In this document: piece by piece, positions 28,634 through 38,588 of the stretch
Position numbering within the stretch: the first letter of the stretch is position 1
Layout: the number at the start of each line of letters is the position of its first letter
IMG/VR virus record: IMGVR_UViG_3300028797_000097
Length of the DNA: 64,000 nt
Origin: a virus
Taxonomy: Duplodnaviria; Heunggongvirae; Uroviricota; Caudoviricetes
Reading direction: 5' to 3' (one strand)
Program-made: the position numbers and the translations under genes
The notes under the pieces: generated by a model
Told to the model about the DNA's origin: nothing
The model's input: only the letters and a program-made list of their open reading frames with translations
Database searches by the model: none

Positions 28634-29313
28634 TGAATATAGTAGTAATTAATAAAAATCAAGAAGATAAAATTAATTTAATTGAAGACAAGATACATGA
28701 GTTTAATCATGTATTTTGTTTTGATAGATATAAACCAGATACAACAGTTCCAGCTGTTTATAATACAGAAGGAACTGGATTCTTGGCAGGTAAATGTAGA
28801 GACATCGGTGCAGCATATTTTGACTATAAAGGAGATTTCTTATTTCTTGATGGCGATAAAGTTCCAGAAGGCGATTTGAATATTATTCCTGAAATCGGTG
28901 CTGCCTGTGTTTTACTCGGTGTTGGTAAAAATGATCATCGTCAATTTATGCAGCAAGAAAATATAACGAAAGAATATAATTGGGATGAAGGTTTCGATTG
29001 TAAAAATCCGTTAAATTTTGTATATAGTTGTGGTATTTATCTTTCTCAGAAAGCAGTAGACTTAATGAGGAAAATAAACGGCGGTAGGATATTTCATCCT
29101 TGTTTTGATGGAACTTGGGGTGATGAAGACCGTTGGATTGGTGATGTTTTAGGTTTTTATAAAATTCCGATTTTTTATACTACAAAGGTAACACTGTCTG
29201 GACATATTACTTCTACTAGAGATGACCCGATGTCAGAAAAAGCACAGAATTTACACATAAACATGATAAAACGAATTCATTTGAGACAGGAAAAGTTGGG
29301 ATTACAGTTCTAA
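28633..29313 (+). CDS. GT-A fold glycosyltransferase (DXD plus WGxED motifs)
   Basis: FLFLDGDK and TWGDEDRWIGDVLG. Confidence 0.45.
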   Translation: MNIVVINKNQEDKINLIEDKIHEFNHVFCFDRYKPDTTVPAVYNTEGTGFLAGKCRDIGAAYFDYKGDFLFLDGDKVPEGDLNIIPEIGAACVLLGVGKNDHRQFMQQENITKEYNWDEGFDCKNPLNFVYSCGIYLSQKAVDLMRKINGGRIFHPCFDGTWGDEDRWIGDVLGFYKIPIFYTTKVTLSGHITSTRDDPMSEKAQNLHINMIKRIHLRQEKLGLQF

Positions 29314-29350
29314 TTTTTTATAAATAATATAAAATTATTAAGGAGAAAAC

Positions 29351-30637
29351 ATGAATTTAAGTGAAGCAAGAGATATTCTCGGTAAATGTGGATATTCATT
29401 TTTGAAAGAATCTACAGAATTAACCAGAGATATTATGCTTAAATATGCTAAGCAATTAGCACAGCAAAATGATAAAATTGGTATTATCAAGGGAAAAAAC
29501 CCAGAAGATGGTGATTTTGATATAATCATTTATTATAATAATGATAAGATTAAAGTTGCATCATATAAAGGTTATGAAAATGAAGTTTATGTAAGGGAAT
29601 TCAAGAGTTCTTTATCTGGAATGCCAGCAAAGAAAGTTGAAACCTTAGAAGATTTACGTTCATATATTGATTCTACATTGAAATATATGGAAAAATATAA
29701 AGAAGACAACAATAATCAATACAAAACAAGTGTCGAAGATATTGAAAAAGATAAGGAAGAATGGGCTAACAACATGGATCAAAACGAGTCATTAAAACTT
29801 AAAAAAGCATTACAGTTCCTTGCTGAATGCGGTTATACAATTAGTAAAAATACAAGAATTGATGAAATGTCTCGTGCATCTGACCGTGTTCTTGGTCATG
29901 ATTCTGCAGAAAACTTGCTTTATATGCTTGCTGACTGGAAGAAACAGTATGACAGAACTGGTAAGAATGCTACATTAGGTCAATTTGCCAAATTTGTTCA
30001 AGATAATGGCATTAGTTGGGACTTAATTAGTGGTCTCAGCTTACCAGGATTACCAAGAACAGAACCTCCTACACGTTCATCTAGGAGAATTGATTTGGAA
30101 GCTATTATTGCTTCTTTACAAGGTCAGCTTGGACAAGATGTTAGCGATGTTCGTAACCGTGTTGATTTAGGTAAGGATGATTACGATAGATTAATCGACA
30201 CCTTCTGGGATTATTATGAAAAGAACCGTGATGGTGAAGATGTTTCTGCACTTGTTGATTCTGAAAATTTCCAGGCACTCATTAGATTGTTTGCTGAAGA
30301 ACCAGAAACTGCACAGGAAGTCTTTGGTAGAAACTATGACAAGGCTAATAGCAAGTTACAGAGATTTATTAATCCTGATTCCGCAGCTGCTTTGATTGGC
30401 GAATTCTGGGATTGGTATTATGCTAAGAAGGCTGGTCGTGACATTGACTTCGATCCAGAAAAGGCAGAAAAGATTGCAGACTTGCTTGAAACCCCGAATG
30501 CTAAGGATGAAATTTTCGGCGGTAACGGTTCTTACTATACTGTTCTTAGAACAATTAGTAACATTGTTGGTAGACAGCTTGGTCAGAGAGATGCAGACTT
30601 CGATTACGATTCTTTGAATGGTGATTTGAGCCTCTAA
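29351..30637 (+). CDS. Member of the N-terminal-module family (two copies of the module), 428 aa
   Basis: Strong RBS aaggag. MNLSEARDILGKCGYSFLKE at the N-terminus and a second copy LKLKKALQFLAECGYTISKNT at about residue 145. Confidence 0.5.
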   Translation: MNLSEARDILGKCGYSFLKESTELTRDIMLKYAKQLAQQNDKIGIIKGKNPEDGDFDIIIYYNNDKIKVASYKGYENEVYVREFKSSLSGMPAKKVETLEDLRSYIDSTLKYMEKYKEDNNNQYKTSVEDIEKDKEEWANNMDQNESLKLKKALQFLAECGYTISKNTRIDEMSRASDRVLGHDSAENLLYMLADWKKQYDRTGKNATLGQFAKFVQDNGISWDLISGLSLPGLPRTEPPTRSSRRIDLEAIIASLQGQLGQDVSDVRNRVDLGKDDYDRLIDTFWDYYEKNRDGEDVSALVDSENFQALIRLFAEEPETAQEVFGRNYDKANSKLQRFINPDSAAALIGEFWDWYYAKKAGRDIDFDPEKAEKIADLLETPNAKDEIFGGNGSYYTVLRTISNIVGRQLGQRDADFDYDSLNGDLSL

Positions 30638-30662
30638 TATATCGTTTCAGACAACATTAAAT

Positions 30663-30699
30663 AAAAAGGGTTGACGGCAGTCACCCTTTTTGCTATATT
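30663..30699 (+). promoter_or_regulatory. Terminator hairpin overlapping a canonical sigma70 promoter TTGACG-N17-TATATT
   Basis: Stem gggt(t)gac/gtcaccc with a T-run. The -35 is at 30671-30676 and the -10 at 30694-30699. It drives the NfeD-like/flotillin pair. Confidence 0.6.
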
Positions 30700-30726
30700 T
30701 AGGAAAAACTTACAAGGAGATATAAA

Positions 30727-31218
30727 ATGATAGTAATCGCTTGGACGATTGTTGGTTTAACTGCACTTTTCATTATCTGCAGCTGCATAAAGAGTTGCGT
30801 CAGAATGGCAACAATGGAACGCTTTAAAAACGTTCCCATTCAGACACCTACCTTAATTGCAGATAAGAATAAGATTATTCAGTCATTATTTGATGATGAC
30901 GCTGAAAAGTTTTTCAAATATAAAGGTATAACATTCTGGTATTATAAGGATTCAAAGGATTACTTTGAAAAGCAGAGTTTTAGTGTTGCTGATGTAAAGA
31001 ATAAGATTGCACAGAAGTATGATGAACTCAAACAAGAACATCCAGGAATTACAGATTTTTTTGTTTCCATGACAAAACAAAATAATTATTTGACATGGGA
31101 ATTTGATCCGATTGACTTAAACTCTTATGTTCCGCCAAAGTCAACTAAGGATATTTGTATCGATGAGCTTAACAAATTAATAGAAAACAATGAAATAAAG
31201 GAAAAACATGACATCTAA
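30727..31218 (+). CDS. NfeD/YuaF-like membrane protein partner of flotillin
   Basis: N-terminal TM helix followed by a soluble domain of about 130 aa. It is immediately upstream of and overlapping the flotillin gene, as in the host yuaF-floT / yqiJ-yqiK operons. Confidence 0.4.
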   Translation: MIVIAWTIVGLTALFIICSCIKSCVRMATMERFKNVPIQTPTLIADKNKIIQSLFDDDAEKFFKYKGITFWYYKDSKDYFEKQSFSVADVKNKIAQKYDELKQEHPGITDFFVSMTKQNNYLTWEFDPIDLNSYVPPKSTKDICIDELNKLIENNEIKEKHDI

Positions 31219-32806
31219 TATGATCTACCCAATACTTATCGGAATTGCAGTAATTGCTTTAAGTATTCTCTTTTTTGCGTCTTATATCAAAGCCGCACCA
31301 GATGAAGTTAAAATCATCTCTGGTTTCCGACAACTAAGGACAATTATCGGACATTCAGGATTTAGAATTCCGTTCCTTGAGCAAGTCGATACTTTAAGCT
31401 TAAAGCTTATTCCAATCGATGTTAAGACCTCCGGTATTCCAACGTCAGATTATATTAATATCGCAGTTGATGCAGTCGTTCAGGTCAAAATTTCTGATGA
31501 AACTGCTGATATTAAGGTTGCTGCACAGAACTTCTTAAATAAGAATCCAGATGAAATTAAGAAGATGATTAGTGAAGTTCTTGAAGCAAACATGAGAGAG
31601 ATTGTTGGTCAAATGGAACTTGTCAAGCTTGTTAATGACAGACAACAGGTTTCTAAGAAGGTTCTCGAAAATGCTTCTCCAGACTTAAAGAAACTCGGTA
31701 TTGTTATTCAAACATTTAATATTCAGAACTTCTCTGATTCAGCAAAGGTTATTGAAAACCTCGGTGTTGACAAGGCAGTTGCAATTCAGAAAGCAGCAGC
31801 AATTTCTAGGGCCAATGCAGAAAGAGACGTTAAGATTGCTCAGGCAGAAGCAGCTAAGGAAGCAAACGATGCACAGGTTGCATCTAACCTCGAAATCGCA
31901 CAGAAGCAAAACGACTTAGAAGTTAAGAAGGCTGACCTTAAGAGAATTTCCGATAGCAAGAAGGCTGAAGCTGATGCCGCTTACGAAATTCAGAAGCAAG
32001 AACAGCAAAAGACCATTAACATTGCAGCTGCAGCAGCTGAAGTTGCAAAGCAGGAAAAACAGATTGAAATTCGTGAAAGAATGGTAGCTGTTAGACAGAA
32101 GGAACTCGAAGCTGAAATCCAGAAGAAGGCAGAAGCAGAAAAGCAAGCACAAATTCAGAAGTCTGATGCTGACCTTTATAGACAACAGAAGGAAGCTGAA
32201 GCAGCACTCTTCACACAGAAGCAACAGGCTGAAGCTATTAAGGCTAAGGCTGAAGCTGATAAGCAAAAAGCATTCGCTGAAGCTGCAGCAACTAAGGCTA
32301 AGGGTGAAGCAGAAGCTGATGCTGTAAAGGCTAAGGGTCTTGCAGAAGCAGCAGCACTTGACCAGAAGGCTGAAGCTATGAAGAAGTATGGTGATGCAGC
32401 AAGACAGGAAATGCAGCTCAGAACTATTGAAAAGTATTTCGAACAGTTACCAGCTATTGCAAGTGCCGTTGCAAAACCGATGGAAAAGATTGGCAATATC
32501 AATATGTATGGTGAAAGCGGTACAGCTAAGCTCACTGGCGATATTACCAAGACACTTACACAAGTTTCTAGTGGTTTAACTGATTCTCTTGGTATTGATC
32601 TTAAGACTGTTCTCGGTTCTATGTTCGGTGCACATCTTGCTGGACTCGAAAAGAAACCGTCGCAGGTCCCTGTTGAAGTTGCAAAGAACGATCCAGCAGT
32701 TCCAGCTACCCCAGCTCAGGCTACTCCAGTAGAATCTCCGGTTCAAATGTCTGAATCTGATATTGAACAGGCAGCAGCAGCATTTCTTAGAAAGCGTAAG
32801 CACTAA
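31208..32806 (+). CDS. Flotillin-like SPFH protein (FloT/YqiK-like, 532 aa)
   Basis: N-terminal TM segment, SPFH domain and a long A/E/K-rich flotillin-type coiled-coil (AEAEKQAQIQK...KAEADKQKAFAEAAATKAKGEAEADAVKAKG). Confidence 0.85.
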   Translation: MTSNMIYPILIGIAVIALSILFFASYIKAAPDEVKIISGFRQLRTIIGHSGFRIPFLEQVDTLSLKLIPIDVKTSGIPTSDYINIAVDAVVQVKISDETADIKVAAQNFLNKNPDEIKKMISEVLEANMREIVGQMELVKLVNDRQQVSKKVLENASPDLKKLGIVIQTFNIQNFSDSAKVIENLGVDKAVAIQKAAAISRANAERDVKIAQAEAAKEANDAQVASNLEIAQKQNDLEVKKADLKRISDSKKAEADAAYEIQKQEQQKTINIAAAAAEVAKQEKQIEIRERMVAVRQKELEAEIQKKAEAEKQAQIQKSDADLYRQQKEAEAALFTQKQQAEAIKAKAEADKQKAFAEAAATKAKGEAEADAVKAKGLAEAAALDQKAEAMKKYGDAARQEMQLRTIEKYFEQLPAIASAVAKPMEKIGNINMYGESGTAKLTGDITKTLTQVSSGLTDSLGIDLKTVLGSMFGAHLAGLEKKPSQVPVEVAKNDPAVPATPAQATPVESPVQMSESDIEQAAAAFLRKRKH

Positions 32807-32919
32807 TAAGAAATAGATTAAATAAAAAGATCAGACTTATGTCTGGTCTTTTTGTTGTATTTTTAAAAAATTAAAATATTTTTACATTTAATAAATAAGA
32901 AAATAGAAAAATACTATAT

Positions 32920-33795
32920 TTGTTATTGATTATGAGAACAATCCAGACAATACAAAATCAATATGATAATATCATGAAGCCATTAGTATGGTCGGATAAA
33001 GTTGCAAAGAATTTTTTGAATTGTATAAAAAATCCAATTGTAGTAGAAAAGAAAGACATGATACCGCAATGGAAGATTTGTACTGTTAGCGACACTAAAA
33101 GACGAACTGAAAGTATTGGTTCTACTGATGTTTTAATTTTAGATTATGATGATCCGAATTATAGCATAAAGGAATTTGAAGATAGTTTTAGAGAATATTT
33201 CTATGTATTACATACTTCACATTCTTATGATGGAACAAACCAGAAGTTCAGAGTATTTTTGTTTCTTGATAAAGAATATGATATAAATAGAATGTTTTAT
33301 AAATGTTTTAATCAAGCATTTAGTCCATATCATTTTCTTGTAAATTATTTTCCACATGCAGATAAGGCATCATTCGTTAGAGCACAGTTCTTTAAGGTTC
33401 CTTGTGTAAAATATAAAGGTGCACCTTATTATTACAGTTGTCATAACGGTAAGTTATTTGACCCTGCTAGTGCAATCGGGTTTGAATTTAGAATGGCTTA
33501 TGAATATTGTGTAGAGAAACAAGAAGAACATCTTAAGCAACTTGAAAAACGAGCAAAATGGTATCGCAAGATGCATGGTTCAATCGATTTAACGAATGCA
33601 AAACAATATATAAATGAAAAGATTGAAACATGTGAAGCTGGTGGTAGACATATGCAGATTTTAGGTCTGGCATGTTGGTTTAAGAAGATTGGCGGAACGT
33701 TTAAAGAATTTGAGGAAATAATGCCATCATGGGCTGATAAAGGTTTCCATAAACAGATGGAACATATTAGACATGAATGGGATAGATTTAGGTAA
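32920..33795 (+). CDS. Archaeo-eukaryotic-type primase (Prim-Pol, BT4734-like) with a C-terminal PriCT-1 domain
   Basis: hhhDhD motif VLILDYDD, sxH motif YVLHTSHSYDG.NQKFRVFLFL and a PriCT-1-like GGRHMQILGLACWFKKIGGTFKEFEEIM. Confidence 0.55.
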   Translation: MLLIMRTIQTIQNQYDNIMKPLVWSDKVAKNFLNCIKNPIVVEKKDMIPQWKICTVSDTKRRTESIGSTDVLILDYDDPNYSIKEFEDSFREYFYVLHTSHSYDGTNQKFRVFLFLDKEYDINRMFYKCFNQAFSPYHFLVNYFPHADKASFVRAQFFKVPCVKYKGAPYYYSCHNGKLFDPASAIGFEFRMAYEYCVEKQEEHLKQLEKRAKWYRKMHGSIDLTNAKQYINEKIETCEAGGRHMQILGLACWFKKIGGTFKEFEEIMPSWADKGFHKQMEHIRHEWDRFR

Positions 33796-33797
33796 GT

Positions 33798-34583
33798 ATG
33801 AAAGACGTATATCAACAATTATGGGAAGCATTCAGTGATATATATTTCGAAGAAGTTCCGCACAAATATACAGATAGTTACGGAACGAAATATACATCAG
33901 TTACTACATTTGTCGGTCAACTTGAAGTAGAAAAAGACTGGGACTTAATTGCAGAAAAAGCAATTAAAAAGAAAGACAGTCAATATAAGGGAATGACTGT
34001 GGAACAAGTCAGAGCAGCCTGGAAAGCTTCAGGCGACTATGCTTGTCAGTTAGGAACTTATGTCCATAGTGTTATGGAACTTGGTTGGCAAAATAAGGAA
34101 TTTTATCCTGATGAGAATGTTCTTGCAAAATATCCTGGAATGAAGGAAGATTTTGAATATAGAAAACAAAGATGTAAGAAAGCTTTGTCTATTTTGAAAG
34201 AACGTTATATTCCCATCAAGAATGAAACAATTGTTTATGACCGTGACTGGCAGTTGTGTGGAACTATTGACTTCTTATGTTATAATAAAGTAAAGAATTG
34301 TATTGCAATCCTTGACTGGAAGACAAACAAGAAATGGGATTTTAACAATAGGTATCAGAAACTTAGAGCTCCGTTCGATATGATGGACGATTGTAATATT
34401 AACCATTATGAGTTACAGTTAAATACCTATAAGGCAATTTTAGAGAAACATACGGATATTAAAGTTGGTGAAATGTTATTGGTTCAAATTCCAAATAAAG
34501 AAAAGGAATTAATCGAAACACATCAATGTAAGGATTGGCAAAAAGTTTTAGTTCCGTATTTAGACAGTTTACACAAAAAATAA
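33798..34583 (+). CDS. PD-(D/E)XK exonuclease (YqaJ / lambda-Exo / Cas4-like)
   Basis: GTIDFLCY...IAILDWKTNKK (D...D/E-x-K) followed by a QxxxY motif (YELQLNTYKAILEK). Confidence 0.55.
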   Translation: MKDVYQQLWEAFSDIYFEEVPHKYTDSYGTKYTSVTTFVGQLEVEKDWDLIAEKAIKKKDSQYKGMTVEQVRAAWKASGDYACQLGTYVHSVMELGWQNKEFYPDENVLAKYPGMKEDFEYRKQRCKKALSILKERYIPIKNETIVYDRDWQLCGTIDFLCYNKVKNCIAILDWKTNKKWDFNNRYQKLRAPFDMMDDCNINHYELQLNTYKAILEKHTDIKVGEMLLVQIPNKEKELIETHQCKDWQKVLVPYLDSLHKK

Positions 34584-34616
34584 ATTATATATAAAAAACA
34601 ATATAAAGGTGAAAAA

Positions 34617-35108
34617 ATGAAAGTATCAGAAGTACAGATTACAAATTTCCAGCTCCAGCAACTTTTTGAGGAATTTAATTCCCGTTTGACTGTAGATGGT
34701 ATTAATGCTAAGTATTCTTGGTTCATGTATAAGAATAGCGAAGCAATGGCTCCATTGTATAGTCAGTTGATGAATGAACTTTATGATGAACGTAAGGAAC
34801 CAGATTTTCCGGCTATGTTCTCTGAAGGTCAGCTTCTTATCGAAAAGTATCGTGATCGCGATGCTGAAGGTAAGGAAATTAACGATAAGGCTGGTAATGC
34901 TCAGTTTACTCAGCATAGAGAAGAATATGTCAAAGAATATCAGGCTTTGAGAGAAAAGTATAAGGAATTATTCGAAAAGATTGACAAGAAACCCGAAGTA
35001 AACCGTGAAATTTATATGAAAAATGTAAGTTTTATGGCTACTCAGTTGGAATTGTCAGAATTCCCGAATAATACGAAGCCATATATTATTGGTCTTCTCG
35101 GCTATTAA
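34617..35108 (+). CDS. Hypothetical protein (163 aa)
   Basis: ORF with RBS; no recognisable motifs. Confidence 0.4.
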   Translation: MKVSEVQITNFQLQQLFEEFNSRLTVDGINAKYSWFMYKNSEAMAPLYSQLMNELYDERKEPDFPAMFSEGQLLIEKYRDRDAEGKEINDKAGNAQFTQHREEYVKEYQALREKYKELFEKIDKKPEVNREIYMKNVSFMATQLELSEFPNNTKPYIIGLLGY

Positions 35109-35157
35109 TTTAAAATAACATTTAAAAAGAAACCGCTTTTAACAAGCGGTTTTTTAT

Positions 35158-35165
35158 TATAAATA
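35158..35165 (+). promoter_or_regulatory. T4-type late promoter TATAAATA, 7 nt before ATG 35173, preceded by terminator aaccgctt/aagcggtt
   Basis: Exact motif. The upstream hairpin plus T-run at 35131-35156. Confidence 0.45.
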
Positions 35166-35172
35166 ATGTAAG

Positions 35173-35967
35173 ATGATAACTAATAAAACTGTATTTAATG
35201 TTAATCGTGTAGCAATACCATTCTCTAAGAAAGAATTAGAATCGGTAATCAATCAGAATGTAGTAAATGGGTATATTTCTACTACATATGATAATTTAAT
35301 ACAAACTTTGGAAGATATTTCCCGTTCTAAGGAATATCCAGTTGTATTAAATCCGAATGAAATTTTTACTTCATCTAATAATCCGTTAATTAGAAATGAC
35401 GTTTTGATTAGGGTTGAAGGTTTACAATCCTATGGTGAATTCATTAATAATGTTATAAGAGATAGCGAAGATGGTTATTGGACCGATTTTATGACTTATT
35501 CTGAATTATTCAAGGATGAAATCAAGAAAGTCAAAATACTTGCTTATAAGAAGTTTTTGTGGAATTATCATAATATTGATGAATGGTTTACGTCTAAGAA
35601 TATCGGTTTGATTGACGATGATAAGAATATGTTGGTTACTGATTTCCAGACATTTAAGGAAAGAGTTTTATTAACAGATGACTATGAAACCTTTATTGAT
35701 TCTTGTAAAACAGAAGATGTTGCTAACGCTATAAAATATATCATAAAGAAAGGTTGTGAAGTTTTACAAAAATATAAGGTTGAACTGAATAATCATATTG
35801 CGATTGATAATAAAAGACAGACAAATATAATTTTGAAGAATCCAATTATTACAAAGATATTCTTACAGTCTTCTGCTGCATCTCGTTGCAAGAAAGACTG
35901 GCCAAGAATTAAATTTACTACATTGGATAAGAAATCATTTGACACTATTGGTATTTGGGAAGTTTAA
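35173..35967 (+). CDS. Late (structural module) protein, 264 aa
   Basis: First gene after the late promoter; overlaps the next gene. Confidence 0.4.
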   Translation: MITNKTVFNVNRVAIPFSKKELESVINQNVVNGYISTTYDNLIQTLEDISRSKEYPVVLNPNEIFTSSNNPLIRNDVLIRVEGLQSYGEFINNVIRDSEDGYWTDFMTYSELFKDEIKKVKILAYKKFLWNYHNIDEWFTSKNIGLIDDDKNMLVTDFQTFKERVLLTDDYETFIDSCKTEDVANAIKYIIKKGCEVLQKYKVELNNHIAIDNKRQTNIILKNPIITKIFLQSSAASRCKKDWPRIKFTTLDKKSFDTIGIWEV

Positions 35968-37268
35968 TTATGTCATTTAAAAAATCAGAAACTATTACAA
36001 AGGAAGGCGGATATAGAAAGTTTGATTCCGTCGAGGAAATGCAATCAGCTACTAACTGGTTTTTTAAATACATTACTTATAATGATGGAACTACTGAAGA
36101 GTGGACTCCAGGACATTTACCAAATAAAAATAAGAATGATTATCCACCTCCGCTTGGAGAAGTAACTGGAACGATCTTCTTAGATTCTTCTCCTGGTATC
36201 ATTTACATGACCAGTCTTATTGGTGATATTATCATCGATACGAAAGGTCCTGAATTTGTTTCTGAAGATGTTCAGTATGTAGTTATTGATTCTAACAGAA
36301 AGTGTAGCTTTACAATTAATTCTGATACGTTAATTGATGTTTGCCAATTAAGAATAAAATGTGGTGATGACGTTCTTTATGAATGTCTTAGAAAAGAAAC
36401 AGAACATACAATTTCTGAAAGTATTTCTAAACTATCTTATAATAAGACAGGAAATACTTATGTTTTGTCTTTTACATTAGATAAAAGCTATTCAGTTGAT
36501 AAACTTAATGAAGATCAGCTTAAGATTGAAGTCTGGGATATTGCAGCAAATAAAGCTGAATATACAACAGATGGAAAATGGGATTATATAACACTTGATG
36601 ATGATGAGAAAATCCAACATCTTATTATTGATTTTATTGATATTTATCCAAAAAATATGATTGTTTCAAAAAACATTGAAGGAAAAGTATTAGTTAGGGT
36701 TACTAATCCAAATAAGTTTTTATGGGCTTATCAACCGACAGTAAATTTATTTAATGATAGTATTGGTGTTATTGATGAATCAACATTAACATATTATGCA
36801 GATCAGGGAGTATTAACCTTTTATATTACACATATTAATAAGAAAGGAAATATCAATGTTGAAGCATGGATTGATGTTGATAATAATGAAATTAAAGAAT
36901 TTGTAAGAAATGCAACTTATGCTGATGCTACATTAGGACCATTTATATTTGCTGATGAAGGACGTAAGTATAAATTTAATTCTTATACTCCAGAATATCT
37001 TACTGACGAAATATATAAGGCATTTGTAAAATTTACAGAAGATTTCTTGAATACTTCGCAGGAAAGTTTGTCTACTGGAAATGCTGTAAGTACACTTGAA
37101 AAAATTGCTAGAATAAATAATTTTAATGACCCATTCAGAACAGAAACTCCTTTGCTTAGTGAATATGTAAAGCAGTTTAATATTGAAGTAAATCCAAATT
37201 TAAATGAATATGTATATTTCTTGGATGCAGCAAGAACTATAAAGGACAAGGAAACTGATGGAAATTAA
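35955..37268 (+). CDS. Late structural-module protein, 437 aa (baseplate/wedge candidate)
   Basis: Translationally coupled chain of late genes. Confidence 0.4.
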   Translation: MGSLIMSFKKSETITKEGGYRKFDSVEEMQSATNWFFKYITYNDGTTEEWTPGHLPNKNKNDYPPPLGEVTGTIFLDSSPGIIYMTSLIGDIIIDTKGPEFVSEDVQYVVIDSNRKCSFTINSDTLIDVCQLRIKCGDDVLYECLRKETEHTISESISKLSYNKTGNTYVLSFTLDKSYSVDKLNEDQLKIEVWDIAANKAEYTTDGKWDYITLDDDEKIQHLIIDFIDIYPKNMIVSKNIEGKVLVRVTNPNKFLWAYQPTVNLFNDSIGVIDESTLTYYADQGVLTFYITHINKKGNINVEAWIDVDNNEIKEFVRNATYADATLGPFIFADEGRKYKFNSYTPEYLTDEIYKAFVKFTEDFLNTSQESLSTGNAVSTLEKIARINNFNDPFRTETPLLSEYVKQFNIEVNPNLNEYVYFLDAARTIKDKETDGN

Positions 37269-38577
37269 CGATTTACCACAACAATATAAAGACGAAGCAT
37301 ACAGACTTCTTCGTTCTATCTATAAGTTTATTCCTTATTATAACCAGATTAAAGGAACGTATCTTGGTATACAATTTATTTTAAATACCATGGGTTTATG
37401 TGCATCGATTGTCGAGCTTTGGGCAGCACCTAATAATATTACGAACTTTTCTGAAAATGCAGAATATTATAGAGAAGATGAAATCCATGCAGTTCGTAGA
37501 TTTACTGAAGATGTCGCAATGCATGCAGGAGTTAAAGATTATTATTTAACTTCTACATTTGATGTTGATTTGACTTCTCAAGCTGGCATTACATTTAAAG
37601 AATTTAACGGTATGGCTAAGACAATAATTACCGTTATTAATGAAGTTCGTCCAGTTACAAGATGTTTAAGAAAATTATATTACTTATTGCTTGTTAATTC
37701 AAATATTCATTTTGATTATTATTTTGAAAATCAAAAATCTCCTAATTTGGAATATGGTAATCCAGGTGTAGTTGGTGAAAATCCATATAATTTAGATTTT
37801 AGAAGATTTGACTATTTGTGGTATTGTTATAGAGATGAACCATTTAATAAATGTGAATATGATTTTAGATTAAAACAATTATCAAAAATATATTTACCTT
37901 ATGATGCATTAGGTGCTAGATTTACTCCAAATGGTGATGATTATACAACTGATAGCACTTATACAATGATTAATACTTATTTTAATCTAAATAAGTTAAA
38001 TGTAAAGTTAAGAAAATCGCAAGTAGAAAAATTTAGATTTAAGATTTTTATAAGACGTAGAGATAGGATTTTTGATATTCGTTCTACACCTGTTATAGAA
38101 GGAAATCTCGGAACTGATATTAGTATCAGTTTAGATCGTAACGGTATTTATATAAATTTATTAAATGCTGGTTTACAAACTGCATTAAATTTAGATGAGT
38201 TATTTTCTGATTTACGTCCATTACCAACACCAGCTGGGAAAAAAGGACAACTTGGTAATTATGATTTATTCATTGCGACTAATTTTATTATTGTCTTAGG
38301 AACTAATTACTTATTCCAAGATAAGGATATTTATGATTGGTCGCAGAATGCAGAAATTAACTTCTTATTAGACGAATACTGTGGATTAATTCCAGAAGCA
38401 TCGAGCTATGCTAGTGGTGTTCATCTTGCTTCTCAGCATAATGATGTATTGGTTGGTGAAGATATGTCTGAAGAAGATGATACTGAATATCCAGATGGAT
38501 TATTAACATATTCAGAAGATGATAATGATGATTCTGCATATATTACCACAGAAGACGGTGAATATATATATAGATAA
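37258..38577 (+). CDS. Late structural-module protein, 439 aa
   Basis: Overlapping start; acidic C-terminus. Confidence 0.4.
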   Translation: MEINDLPQQYKDEAYRLLRSIYKFIPYYNQIKGTYLGIQFILNTMGLCASIVELWAAPNNITNFSENAEYYREDEIHAVRRFTEDVAMHAGVKDYYLTSTFDVDLTSQAGITFKEFNGMAKTIITVINEVRPVTRCLRKLYYLLLVNSNIHFDYYFENQKSPNLEYGNPGVVGENPYNLDFRRFDYLWYCYRDEPFNKCEYDFRLKQLSKIYLPYDALGARFTPNGDDYTTDSTYTMINTYFNLNKLNVKLRKSQVEKFRFKIFIRRRDRIFDIRSTPVIEGNLGTDISISLDRNGIYINLLNAGLQTALNLDELFSDLRPLPTPAGKKGQLGNYDLFIATNFIIVLGTNYLFQDKDIYDWSQNAEINFLLDEYCGLIPEASSYASGVHLASQHNDVLVGEDMSEEDDTEYPDGLLTYSEDDNDDSAYITTEDGEYIYR

Positions 38578-38588
38578 AGAGAGGATTT

